From assembly GCF_001194135.2 (NCBI RefSeq), contig NC_068990.1:84345632-84399838 (forward strand): a DNA stretch of 54,207 nucleotides, in the 5' to 3' direction. Positions 1-11,584 of the stretch are shown in pieces (the stretch's first letter is position 1; the number at the start of each line of letters is the position of its first letter). The DNA is from Octopus bimaculoides (Eukaryota). The notes under the pieces were generated by a model. The model saw nothing but the letters and a program-made list of their open reading frames with translations. It ran no database searches and was not told the DNA's origin. The position numbers and the translations under genes were made by a program.

Positions 1-680
1 TTACTCGGATGTCCCCTTACTCTCATGTGTGCATATACAAGTTATTATAAGCAAACATTCCACCACATACGTTGTTTGTGGTGTCAGCTCTATTAGCCGT
101 ATCTAGAAAGCTATAAGTGTTTTTTAGAAAGGAAGTTTTGTTGGGTGTGTGTGTGTCATTTCTGTATATATTGGAAGGTTCTATGTAGAAGTTCATTTTA
201 TACAAGTTATTAATGTTCTAGTAGCAATAACAGTGAAGGTGACGATGATGGTGACAACAACAACAACAACAACAACACTAATATGCCAAACTTTCAAACT
301 TAGCAGTGTAAGGTATCCTGTTGCCTCTTCCAACGGCTCTACCATTCTGCTGCTAATGGGGGAGGGTTGATTACTACCGTTAACTTCCTCCTTCCAATTG
401 GGCAACTATTGTTTTAAACTGCCTACGCTTAGCTACGGTTGGATAGCCACTGGCCGGTCAAGATGCTAGCCTGCTTGGGCCCCCCCCACCACACGCGTGA
501 TGTGTATATCCCCCCGTACTCACGCTCATGCGTGCGTGTATATACATACATACATATATATAGATATATACATATATATATACTCACACACATATATATA
601 CACACATACTCACACACACGCATCCCACATATATGCATATATAGCCCTTAACTATAATTATACGTTTATAATTACATATG

Positions 681-717
<37 letters not shown>

Positions 718-778
718 GTAGTATATTGCCACTTAAGTGTGGCTGACCCCTAGGGGTGGATGTTACTGTTGCTTTTAG

Positions 779-1000
779 CCCCAGGAGGACATCTCCTCCA
801 GCTGGCTTATCGACACACGACTGTGTCCTGTTTGCCAAGGGAGTTATCCCTCTCACCACGACCAGCAGCACGAACGTATCCGGATTTCAGGGTTATTTCC
901 CTTCGTCGGCGTTCGACAGCTGATGACCTTGGTGAGAGAGAAAAACCTGGCAAATCTTATATCTTCTTTTCCAGTGACATTCTTCACTGATATTGAAAAG
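779..1000 (+). other. Candidate unassigned coding exon (74 codons) or transposon ORF fragment
   Basis: Bounded by gcttttAG and AAG/GTGA, with an open phase-0 frame: PQEDISSSWLIDTRLCPVCQGSYPSHHDQQHERIRISGLFPFVGVRQLMTLVREKNLANLISSFPVTFFTDIEK. No family recognised. Confidence 0.3.
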
Positions 1001-1447
1001 GTGANNNNNNNNNNNNNNNNNNNNNNNNNNNNNNNNNNNNNNNNNNNNNNNNNNNNNNNNNNNNNNNNNNNNNNNNNNNNNNNNNNNNNNNNNNNNNNNN
1101 NNNNNNNNNNNNNNNNNNNNNNNNNNNNNNNNNNNNNNNNNNNNNNNNNNNNNNNNNNNNNNNNNNNNNNNNNNNNNNNNNNNNNNNNNNNNNNNNNNNN
1201 NNNNNNNNNNNNNNNNNNNNNNNNNNNNNNNNNNNNNNNNNNNNNNNNNNNNNNNNNNNNNNNNNNNNNNNNNNNNNNNNNNNNNNNNNNNNNNNNNNNN
1301 NNNNNNNNNNNNNNNNNNNNNNNNNNNNNNNNNNNNNNNNNNNNNNNNNNNNNNNNNNNNNNNNNNNNNNNNNNNNNNNNNNNNNNNNNNNNNNNNNNNN
1401 NNNNNNNNNNNNNNNNNNNNNNNNNNATACGTTTATAATTACATATG

Positions 1448-1481
<34 letters not shown>

Positions 1482-1766
1482 ATAAATGTTTATATGCATA
1501 CACACGCGCCCACGTAGATAAACGCACGTGCGCATATGCACGTGTTGCACATAAAATATTTAACTGGAAATAAAGGTTAATTGTGCGGAAAATGTATGCA
1601 AAAATGAAGAAAACGTGTTATTGAATAACACCAACAACAATATTTTTAGTGATTACTACGTCTTCTTTTCAAGAGTGGTGAACACCGAACTATATCAATG
1701 TATTCAAAGACGGTAGGGTGTAGCAATTTTACTGTTATTTATAGTTAATTGAATGACCACCTAGAG

Positions 1767-2140
1767 CAATGATTCCCAACGTGGGGCATACACCTTACTT
1801 GTAGGTCCTGGGAAAATTGCGGTAGAGTGTAGGATCTAAATGTTTTCCTTTGTTGGTGGTGGTGGTGGGGGAGCATAGAATTGTGAAAATTTTTTGTCAT
1901 AGCAAGCGTACAACACCTATACTCAGCTTAGCCAAACTAATCCCTCCGGTAAAGCATACTGTATGATGTCTGTTTGCTACAGTATAGAGCTATTCTAATT
2001 CTTTAGTGTGGATATTTCTTGAAGGAAAGTATATAATTATGAAATATTGAAAATAAAGTTGTTTTCCAGCCACCGGTGGGGCAGACATTTTTCTGGAAAG
2101 TTATAGTGCGGCCGGAGGGAAAATAGGTTGAGAAACACTG
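1767..2140. mobile_element. Non-autonomous hAT-type MITE
   Basis: Imperfect TIRs (CAATGATTCCCAAC and reverse complement CAGTGTTTCTCAAC) flanked by an 8-bp TSD, acctagag versus acctaggg. Confidence 0.75.
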
Positions 2141-2435
2141 ACCTAGGGGTTGTATCGTCTTGTTCTGTCTTAAAATGGTTCATACTGGGTAATATAGTTC
2201 AATGTTCACCATTATAAAAAAAATTAGGCGTAATGATAATGGTTAGCATTCGTCTGAATATGGGCTTACTTATTCAGAGCTGACCAGAAGATCAAACAAC
2301 AATAACAACAACAACAACAACAACAACAGAAGTAATAACAATTACTGAGAATAACGACATTAAAGTAATAAACAATCAATTATAACGACATACATTAACA
2401 AATAATAACAACAACAATAACAAAACTATTGAGTA

Positions 2436-2638
2436 TTAATTTAGAGATTCATGTAACATTGTTAAGGCAACAGATATAATGATCATCATCCAAATTTTTA
2501 TGTTGAGTTTTCGATTTGTGGTTGCTCCGTTGTCATCAACTATGGTTTCGTTTTTCATGGTTATACGACCTTCAATACCGTTGAACACCGGTGAACAGTG
2601 CTTCAAGTAATGAATTAGCATTTCGTTCTCGTCCATAC
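2436..2638 (-). CDS. NT5E: NT5E-like last coding exon with GPI-anchor-type hydrophobic tail and TAA stop
   Basis: ttcttcag acceptor, 203 nt including stop. (G)MDENEMLIHYLKHCSPVFNGIEGRITMKNETIVDDNGATTNRKLNIKIWMMIIISVALTMLHESLN*; EGRI motif, then small residues NGA, a spacer and a hydrophobic tail. Confidence 0.9.
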
Positions 2639-3001
2639 CTGAAGAACAAATTGAATGAAATACAATTATATTTGACATCGAAGACTGATGTCATTAGAAG
2701 AATTTTATGTTTATTCAAAATAGACAGAGACTATTGGAGGATTGGCAGAAACTGTAAAGCGTCGGGCAAAATGACCTGCCATGTTTAGATAACTTCTTTT
2801 ACTATTCAGTCTTGCGTGGATTAAAAGGAAATAAAGTGCCTCCTAATTACTGTCGGACGATCTAATACACATTTTGTCAACCATTTATTCTCAAATTTGT
2901 AATCCTACTGCCAAAATCAGAAACTTTCTTTTATTACGATGAAGATAAACAAACAAAGTTTGCTTTAGAGGCGTTGAGATGTATAGAAAGATACAGATAA
3001 G

Positions 3002-3219
3002 GAAATAATTTATTCTCAAACGCAGGATAATGCTAATATAATTGCATGAACAGGATAAACTATCCGTATATTGCAGAAAAATTTGTCAACGGCCAGCCGT
3101 GAGCATAATCACAGGGTCTCATAGCTGGCTGCTGACAAATTTTACTGCAATATATGGATACTTTATCCTGTTCGTGCTATTATATTAGCATTATCCTGCG
3201 TTTGAGAATAAATTATTTC
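3002..3219. repeat. Fold-back (palindromic) MITE-like element
   Basis: About 100-bp arms at roughly 90% identity around a 14-nt spacer (cataatcacagggt); one arm recurs at about 53340-53420. Confidence 0.85.
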
Positions 3220-3391
3220 TTTTCTTGATTGAAATTGACGAAACTGATTACGAACCGCATAAAATGCTCCAGTTAAAAACACACCAGCTTTACGTTCCAA
3301 ATATCAAATCCAACCAAGACCGGCTTTTCTTTTACTGTTACTGAGGGTCAATAAAATCAGTATAAATCAGTTGCTACGATCTGTACACCAG

Positions 3392-3431
<40 letters not shown>

Positions 3432-3900
3432 GAATCACATAGTAAAACTGGCGGCCTTATGGATTCCTTCAGTCTCTCGTCTTTGGGATCTGTGCCTCCT
3501 CCTAGATCGTACCATGGCAATGTGTACTAAAGGAGTTCTCTCTGACTCATTCTATAAACTCTGTAAAGATACCTTGCCGTGTGTTTAAGCTTGCGATCAT
3601 AAGCCTGTTTTATATCTATAACACTACAGCATCAACTCCTCAAAATTGGTTGGTCTCGGTTTATTCTGCTTAGGTACTATCTACTTACTCGTTCCTTCCG
3701 TCGTCTTTTACATCGTATTACCATCCCCGGTTTTACCATCGTTTTACCATCCCCTGTTTTACCATCGTATTACCATCCCCAGTATTTCCAGCCCTTCCTT
3801 CTTCAAAACGCCGTATCTCAAGTAACGGGAGATATAGTGTCCGGGCCAGTGTCCTTGTTGGTTTCAAGGTACCAGATTACTTCTATATTAGACGTGTATA

Positions 3901-4264
3901 TCTTACTCTTGTTTCAGTCATTTGACTGTGGCCATGCTGGAGCACCGCCTTTAGTCGAGCAAATCGACCGCAGGACTTATTATTTGTAAGCCTAGTACTT
4001 ATTCTATCGGTCTCTTTTGACACCAGCATTGGTTGTCAAGCGATGTTGGGGGGGGGGGGACAAATACAGACACGCAAACATACACACACACACACACATA
4101 CATATATACGACAGGCTTCTTTTAGTTTCCGTCTACCAAATCCATTCACAAGGCTTTGGTTGGCCCGAGGCTATAGTAGAAGACACTTGCCCAAGGTGCC
4201 ACGCAGTGGGACTGAGCCCGGAACCACGTGGTTGGTAAGCAAGCTACTTACCACACAGCCACTC
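3901..4264 (-). mobile_element. tRNA-derived SINE, family C, near full length
   Basis: Reverse complement of the copy at 43678-44082: head gagtggctgtgtggtaagtagc, internal (GT)n, tail gcggtgctccagcatggccacagtcaaatgactgaaac. Confidence 0.85.
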
Positions 4265-4553
4265 AAACTATTGATGATAGTTTCGGATCATATTTATTTA
4301 GTGAGGAGTTGGAAGGCAAGTGAGTAGCAAATACAGGGAATTTGTCCACGTGAGAAATGGGAGACAGGAGAATCTGCAAAGTCGGTAGAGAACCTTTTCA
4401 CAAACGACAGAAAGGATTGGCTGTAGTTTGGGAGTAAGAAACTTACGGGCGAATTTGAACCCGGCGCACATGGACCGTAACTAAATACCGCCCTCTTTTG
4501 TTCAATCATTTTATATTGATGTAAGCATTCAAAACCTGTTAACACATACTCAC

Positions 4554-4757
4554 CCGTTATCAATCGGTTTTTAATGTTGTTCTTTATCATTGAATAGCCG
4601 TCTCCTCCATTAATTAAGAAATCGTTGAGGCTAATTTTATAAATTTTCTTCAGCTGCAGATTCTCGTAGGCTGGAACAAGGCATTTGGTACACCTAACTT
4701 TCACGCTGACAATACGCTGACCGTTAGGTTTGGATAAATCATAGATTACTTTTATTC
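4554..4757 (-). CDS. NT5E: NT5E-like coding exon (exon 8 equivalent)
   Basis: tttaacag acceptor, GTGAGT donor, 204 nt. (G)IKVIYDLSKPNGQRIVSVKVRCTKCLVPAYENLQLKKIYKISLNDFLINGGDGYSMIKNNIKNRLIT; CTKC and FLxNGGDGY motifs. Confidence 0.96.
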
Positions 4758-4916
4758 CTGTTAAAAACAATAAGAGCAAAAACAAAAATGAAGTGAATTA
4801 CTTTCCCCCAATAACAGTTAGGAATATTCTAAATAAATATAAATAAATGTATCTTTTGTAGCTATTTATTGCAGTTGTTTAATCAACTTAACCGCCGGCT
4901 CAATAAAATTACAGTG

Positions 4917-5010
<94 letters not shown>
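4917..5010. repeat. (TAC)n/(TGC)n compound microsatellite
   Basis: Directly visible tandem trinucleotides. Confidence 0.95.
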
Positions 5011-6887
5011 ATATTGAGTTAGATACGTTGTAATCAAAGCAGCTATCTGTCTTTAAGCCAAATACAGTGCAGCAATGGTTGGGGCATATGAAGTATCTAT
5101 TTCTCTGACCATCACTCTATCATCTTATGAACGCAACTAGTTACAAGAGGGTCCGTGTCGAAACCTCTGCGTAGTCCTGCAAGAAGTAGCAGCCAAAAAT
5201 CTCCTTAAAGTTACTCTTTAACATATCAAGCGGTTGATTGAGACCCTTTTCTATCAATGGTTGTTTTCCGACATTTTTGGGGATGACTTCAGATACAAAA
5301 GCTAGAGAAGCAAAGCAAAAACCTCATGGCAATTGTTAAGGGGAGAAGAAATTAAGAACAACTTCTGAAAGTTAATTCACATTGTTTACGTAAAACGTTC
5401 GATCCTTATGTACAGGCTCTCAAACAACGCGGCCTGCCTAACTATAATAAAGTACTATGTTGTGGGCACAGCTCACTGATTACCATTACAAAACATCTCC
5501 TCCAAGTGTCTCTCCTCTCCCGATTACTTCTCACATCCTTTGCCACCACCACTCGTTATCTAAAGATCTTCCCTGCTATAGGAATTGTCCTGTTAGGTAA
5601 TATATTCGGAATTACATGATTCCTGTATTCAGTCCCACTACAAATATCCAAATCCAACAAAAATTCATGGGTTTTGCCCTTCAGACACATACACAAACAC
5701 ATATACTCTCCCTATCTCCTTCTCTTTCTCTAACCCTCTTTCTCCCGACATGCTATTAATGCTTGTAATAGTTGCTTCGTATTTTACACACAGTCCTTCC
5801 GGTACCATCATCGTAGGAGCACACAGACATTCACCACTACATGGATATCTTATTCGACTTATTCGTATTCCTAGTTTCCTATAACGCCGATGAACATAGG
5901 TTACGGTACAAAACAGATGGTTACTTTACCTGGTAGCTGCAGAGCGGGCGAGAAACATAGACACACACAGAGAACATTTACACACGAACACGCATATATA
6001 CCAACACACGTGCACATATGCACAAAGACACACAAATGTACATGCATCAAGTGCATGAAAGGTTAAAGCTGGAATCTATCACGATAAAGCACGAATCTCT
6101 AGCTTTGTTTATGAGAAGAGCAAAGGTAAAAGGTTTGAACGCGAAAAAAAAATACCATTTCCAAGTGTTGAATGCCATTCAAATATGCAACAAGATATCG
6201 CAACAGTCAGGTGTTAAGATAAAGTAAAGGTATTGGAATGTTGCTTGAGATTCATCGTGGTTTAATGCGTGGTTGTAATGATGTTGTTATATAATACAGT
6301 AATGTTGGAGGCATGTGCTGTAGTCTTGGCTGTATGTATCGTAATATTGATGTTGTATTCTAGTGTTGGAAGAGAATTGTTAATGTTGGTGTTGAGTAGT
6401 AGTGTTGGTGGCGTATATGGTAGTGCTTGTGGCGTGTATTATATGTCGGTAGTGTGGAGGCGTGTTTTGGTGCCTGTTGTAGTGTTGGTGGTTTGTGGTA
6501 GTGTTGCGTATGACAGTGTCAGTGATGTGAAGTGTGTTGGTAGCGTGTGATGTTTGTGGTGTAAGATATTCAGATATTAGTGATAAGAAAGTCTTCAGTA
6601 AAATGTTTCTCTGACAATAAACTATCGAGCTCGCTGCCAAATTACAGAACTCCCAGGTGGAATCATTTAACATGGTATTGATGTTTGGTCTCAAGTCAGC
6701 CTCGATCGAGAAGACCTATGATCAAAAGATAATCCAGCCGTGACTATCCCATTAGTTTTGCATCAAGAAAGGGATACATTATCCAGAGTACCCTTTTCTA
6801 TTTCAGATGGTGAGGTATGATTTGACGGAGATTTGGCTACTATTTCGAGAAGGTCAAGTGACCATATTCAGTCTACTTTGTTGGCTC

Positions 6888-7030
6888 ATCAACACTGTAA
6901 GTTATACTCATAGGAGCTGTTGAACTCAGTAGTACGAGTTATACTTATGGGTGATGTTCGACTCAGCACTGTAAGTTATACTCATGATTTAAACTCAACA
7001 GTGTAAGTCATGCTCGGACGAAACGTTGAA
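6888..7030. repeat. Degenerate minisatellite, about 37-bp unit, about 4 copies
   Basis: Units resemble tcaacactgtaagttatactcataggagctgttgaac. Confidence 0.7.
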
Positions 7031-7540
7031 CATAAAATTACACGTTACACTGAAAGGAGTATAAATCAATAGCGTAGGCTAACTAAACAAATGACATGTT
7101 TGCAGTGTTGCTGCAAGTTTCAGTGAAAATTTATCCCAGCGTTGTGCTTACCTGTTTACAACTTATGGTCGAAGTGGGCATTTCTTGCGCTTAGGTACAA
7201 TTCAATGGCGGTGTAAATGTACGAACCCTGATATTTTAAATAGAGGGCCATCTCTATGCAAAATCTTGCCCTTTTTTCTCCTAATTGTTAAAAGCGTACG
7301 TCTACAAAACTTGACCAAGAAATATTTCATCTCCAAACAAACTCGCCAAAATATACAACGTTGCCCTGATATTGTTGCGTTCATGTCTTTGCTAAGGTAC
7401 AAAAGATTTAAGAAATGAAGGAAATAACTTCAACTGAGATTCGAAACTCAGTTGCTGCTTCGATTTGCTATAAACTGATCGCTTACACTACTCGTACTTA
7501 GCTCAGATGAAGAAAATACAAATAGAGAAGAGGCTATCTT

Positions 7541-7962
7541 TTACCTTGTTCTTGCTTCAGTCATTGGATTGCGCTCATACTGGGGCACCACCTGGAAGGG
7601 TTTAGTCAAATAAATCGACGCCAGGACTTATCTTTTAAAGTCTGCTACTTATTCTATCCGTTCCTTTTGCCTAACCGCTAGGTTACGGGGACGTAAGCAA
7701 ACCAACACTGGTTGCCAGGCTAAGGCATGACAAACACGCACACGCACAAACCTGCACACATATATATAATTATGTATGTATGTATGTATGTATGTATGTA
7801 TGTATGTATGTATGTATATGTGACGAGCTTTCTTTCTCACAGTTTCTATCAACCAAATTCAAGACATTTGTCGGGCCGGAGTTATAGTAGAAGACACCTG
7901 CCCAAGGTGTAACGTAATAAGAATGAATCCGAAATCACAAGGCATCTTAACCACTCAGCGAC
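7541..7962 (-). mobile_element. SINE family C, diverged copy
   Basis: Same head, (TATG)n core and tail as the 3901-4264 copy. Confidence 0.75.
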
Positions 7963-8015
7963 ATATAACGCAAAGGACTACTCTATATTTTTAGGGGAAA
8001 AAAGCAAAACTAGAA

Positions 8016-8041
8016 GTTTCGGTATTCAAACCCTTCCTCAG
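8016..8041 (-). ncRNA. Minimal hammerhead-ribozyme-like core (Penelope type)
   Basis: Minus strand reads CUGAGGA-A-GG-GUUUGAAUA-CC-GAAAC; stem I partner not evident. Confidence 0.4.
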
Positions 8042-8339
8042 TAACATATAAGAATGTAAGTGAGGTGAAGCGGTTCACCAGGGATTGAAACTGTGAGGGA
8101 TCTTCTACTTGATCATTCGATCTGCTAGAACTAGTAAGCCAAATGTCCCTTAAGTTTTACTTCTAAAGTCTTGAAAGATTATGGTCTCACTAGATTATGT
8201 ACTCCTATCTATGTGATACTTGAGGAAGAGTGGAGATAGCCAGGGAAAGTATATCTCTTTGATCATAGATTGGCTCAGCTAAAGATGGACTGGGGTTATA
8301 GCACAGCAACAACAGCAGCAACAGTTGTAACAATGGTAA

Positions 8340-8378
<39 letters not shown>

Positions 8379-8964
8379 AAGCAGCAGTAGCAACTGCAAC
8401 GATGACAACAACCAGGCGGCGATATCGTTATGCTGACAGCTCACCTGTTCTCACCCGGTCTTAGCCACAGGCAGAGCCAAATATTAACAGATGTAGAAAC
8501 GAATGTTGATTCCTAAAATTGGCCCAATGTCACGTTTTTATTGATGAGAGAAGAAGCTGTCGGAAAAAAAAAGTTGACTTTGGCGCAACAATTTGAACAC
8601 ATAGAAGGCCGTAACAAAAGATCGCGGATATTTTGTCTGACGCGCAAATGATTCTGCAAAGGAGAACGAAATACAGATATTTCGAAAGGAATATTAAAAG
8701 AAAATCATAAGCAGTAACAATAGTTCCTCTTAATACCAAATTACCACAACAACAAGATAAGAAAATAAACCAGCCAACGAATTGTTGTTGTGGTTGTTGT
8801 TGATGATGCTGTTATTGGTGATGCTGATGATGATAATATTGTTGCTGAAGACGATGATGTTGGTGATGTACTTGTTGCTGTTGAATAATGATAAGCCATC
8901 CAAGTGAAACATTTATACATTTTTTGCAGAATGAGAACGCGTTTGCTCAAGATCCACTAGATAA

Positions 8965-9124
8965 AGGCATGGCTGTGTGCTTAAGAAGTTCACTTCGTAA
9001 CTCTGTGACTTAGAGTTCGATTTCACAATGTAGTACCTTGGGCAATTGTCTTGTACCGGGGCTTCGTGTTAACCAAATATTTGTGAGTGGAATTTGGTAG
9101 ACAGATGCTATGTGGAAACCAATC
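8965..9124 (+). mobile_element. SINE family C, 5' half
   Basis: ggcatggctgtgtgcttaagaag...ccttgggcaa...ttgtgagtggaatttggtagac. Confidence 0.7.
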
Positions 9125-9227
9125 AGAAGGGCTTAATCCATCGTCTTGTTCAATACAACAACCTGGACGTTGAGAGATTTTAGCGGAAGCCATTTTATTG
9201 TATTAGCACTTCAGTTTGAGGTAAACT

Positions 9228-9330
9228 GCCTCCCTTCCTCTCACCAACTCCCTTCCTCTCACCAACTCCCTTCCTCTCACCAACTCCCTTCCTCTCACCA
9301 ACTCCCTCCCTCTTATCAACCCTCTCTCTG
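9228..9330. repeat. 18-bp minisatellite (ctcccttcctctcaccaa)n
   Basis: Four near-perfect units followed by decayed ones. Confidence 0.9.
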
Positions 9331-10449
9331 TCTCTCATCAATTCTTTCCCTCCCTTCCACTGACTCCCTCATTCTAATTAACTCCTCCCTCCTCATCAAC
9401 TCCTTCCCTCTCTTTCACCAATCACGGAGACACTCGAAATGTCTTGAGTGGCAACTTTTCTCCTCTGACAAAGCAACAAGATATATCCTGTGTGATGGGA
9501 GGGGAAGAATAAACGCTTCTTGATAAGGAAATACAATATTCAGTCTTTATAAGATAACAAGTTTTAATTATCAACATTTATAAAACGTTCTATGATATCC
9601 TATTCTCACATAACTTTGGACGTTATATCATATTTCTGCAAAGATATGATTATTGTTTGTTGATTGTTTTTGTTGTTGATGTTATTTTGTTTCTGTTTTA
9701 TCGATGGTCAGAAATTGTTTGTATAAAGAAAAAAATTCAGTTCTCATGCGCAGCCTTATACGTATTTATGGCATCGGTTTGTGAATGCGAGCCTGAGTTC
9801 ATCCATCGTTCTCACTTCGTAGTTTTAAACGATTTCCTTTTTAACGACCCAAAAAGTCCACCATTCTTTTACTGGTCACACTGAAAGAAAAAAATGATTT
9901 CACAAATTTCTAGGAAGGAGTATTAATGAATAAATCAATCGTAGAACTTGACTGAGTCTCTACGTGGTCGACTCACTTGCTAGAAACAGGACCAAACATC
10001 CTTCAAATTACATCCCACTGTCTTAAAAAAGAAAGGGTACTGTAGGATAATGCAGTCCAAAATGTTTCAAGTGGAAAGACAGAATGATCGTATTTGGAAT
10101 ACCTTTGTTCGTAGGCCTGAACAACCAGAACTGAATTAGAATTAACCAACATCAGCTGGTATGTATTAGTTTGAGATCTACTCAGTTTTCGCTTCTCCAC
10201 AACCAGTGTCTTTTTAAAGAAAGAATCATCAAAGACTAATACAATCATTTTCATGGCGAAGTGAATACCATAATCTTCAGGGTATCTTTTTATAGCTTAT
10301 TCAAGGAAGGAAGAGCAGCGCCCATAACATTTTAAAAGGCATCTGAGATTGGTGGAGGAAGAGAAACTTATCTTCACATCGAATACCAGACCCGAATGCT
10401 TGCAACAGAAAAGAGTCTACGAAAGGCACTTAATGGCTATGAAATGGTA

Positions 10450-10677
10450 TTAACCCTTTTGTTACCGTATTTATTTTGAGATGCTTTGTTTCTTTGAATT
10501 AATTGTAAATATAACAAAGAATTTAGTAAAATAACTTATTTATCATTAAGCTGGTGTTAGGAACATAAATTGTGACTAAGGTTTGATGGAAGATTTTAAT
10601 TAAAAACTCATGAAAACAAGACATTTGTACTACAGAGCCAGAGTCGGTTTCAGTCAGGTTGCTATCGAAAGAATTAA
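10450..10677. mobile_element. piggyBac-like MITE
   Basis: Starts TTAACCCTTTT and ends GAAAGAATTAA; TTAA at both ends, degenerate TIR. Confidence 0.45.
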
Positions 10678-11542
10678 ACTAGGACAAAAACGACCTCCCT
10701 GATGGGCCTCCACATAGTTTCTGTCAGACTAATTACCCCAAATTTTTAAAAAGTTGAATATCGGCGTAAATCGGAGCCTGGTCAGTTAAATATAACTTCT
10801 TTCTTCTATTACAAAACCTCTTTTAGCCGCAACACACAAAAATATATACACTGAAACCTTTTTCTACACAAAAGACTTGAAGTAACATGTGATCCTTTTT
10901 TTCCCTTCTCTCCTTGTCATATGTGTTATATGTATGCCAAACTCACCATATAAATACGTACGCCAATATATTTTCAATTAAACTATTATACGAAAATATT
11001 TATTCTGTGAAAACATATTTTTTACATTTTTATTTTCATACAAATAAATACACAGAATAAAACTATTTTCCCTTTATGTTAAAAAGTTAAATTTGTTTTA
11101 ACTACACAAAAGATATATACATGTGTGTGTGGTGTGATGTGTGTATGTGTAAGAATTTGCCGCATTTTCAAGCTTTTCTCAGTATTTTTCCTACATACAC
11201 ACACACACACACACAGACACATACATACACATGAATGTGTATATGTATATATAAGAATATAAATATATTCATACATATATATGCACACACACACATTCAT
11301 TAGAGCATAGTGTTACTTTGACACAGTACCCGAGATTTACCGTTACCGGACACCATTTCTGGCTGAAAACAGCGTCAACGGCTTTGTTTCTTTGCATTCC
11401 ACAGGCAGTCTTTATTCAGTTGACTGGCGCTGAATTCCCTTATATCACACAGAGGCTTTTCATTCATTTATATTGACGTTAAGTCTCTTAAGAGAAAAGA
11501 CATGGTACTGATTGTATCACAACAATCGCAACAGGAGCAACT

Positions 11543-11584
<42 letters not shown>

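Noticed and set aside
923-1550. Long ORFs spanning N gaps (also 32160-32908)
   Set aside because: Their length is an artefact of X translation across the gaps.
10003-10254. Minus ORF containing VLVVQAY, resembling the CD73 exon 4 motif VVQAY
   Set aside because: No GKYLG or GNPILL follows, and the true exon 4 is at 24271-24468; treated as chance.
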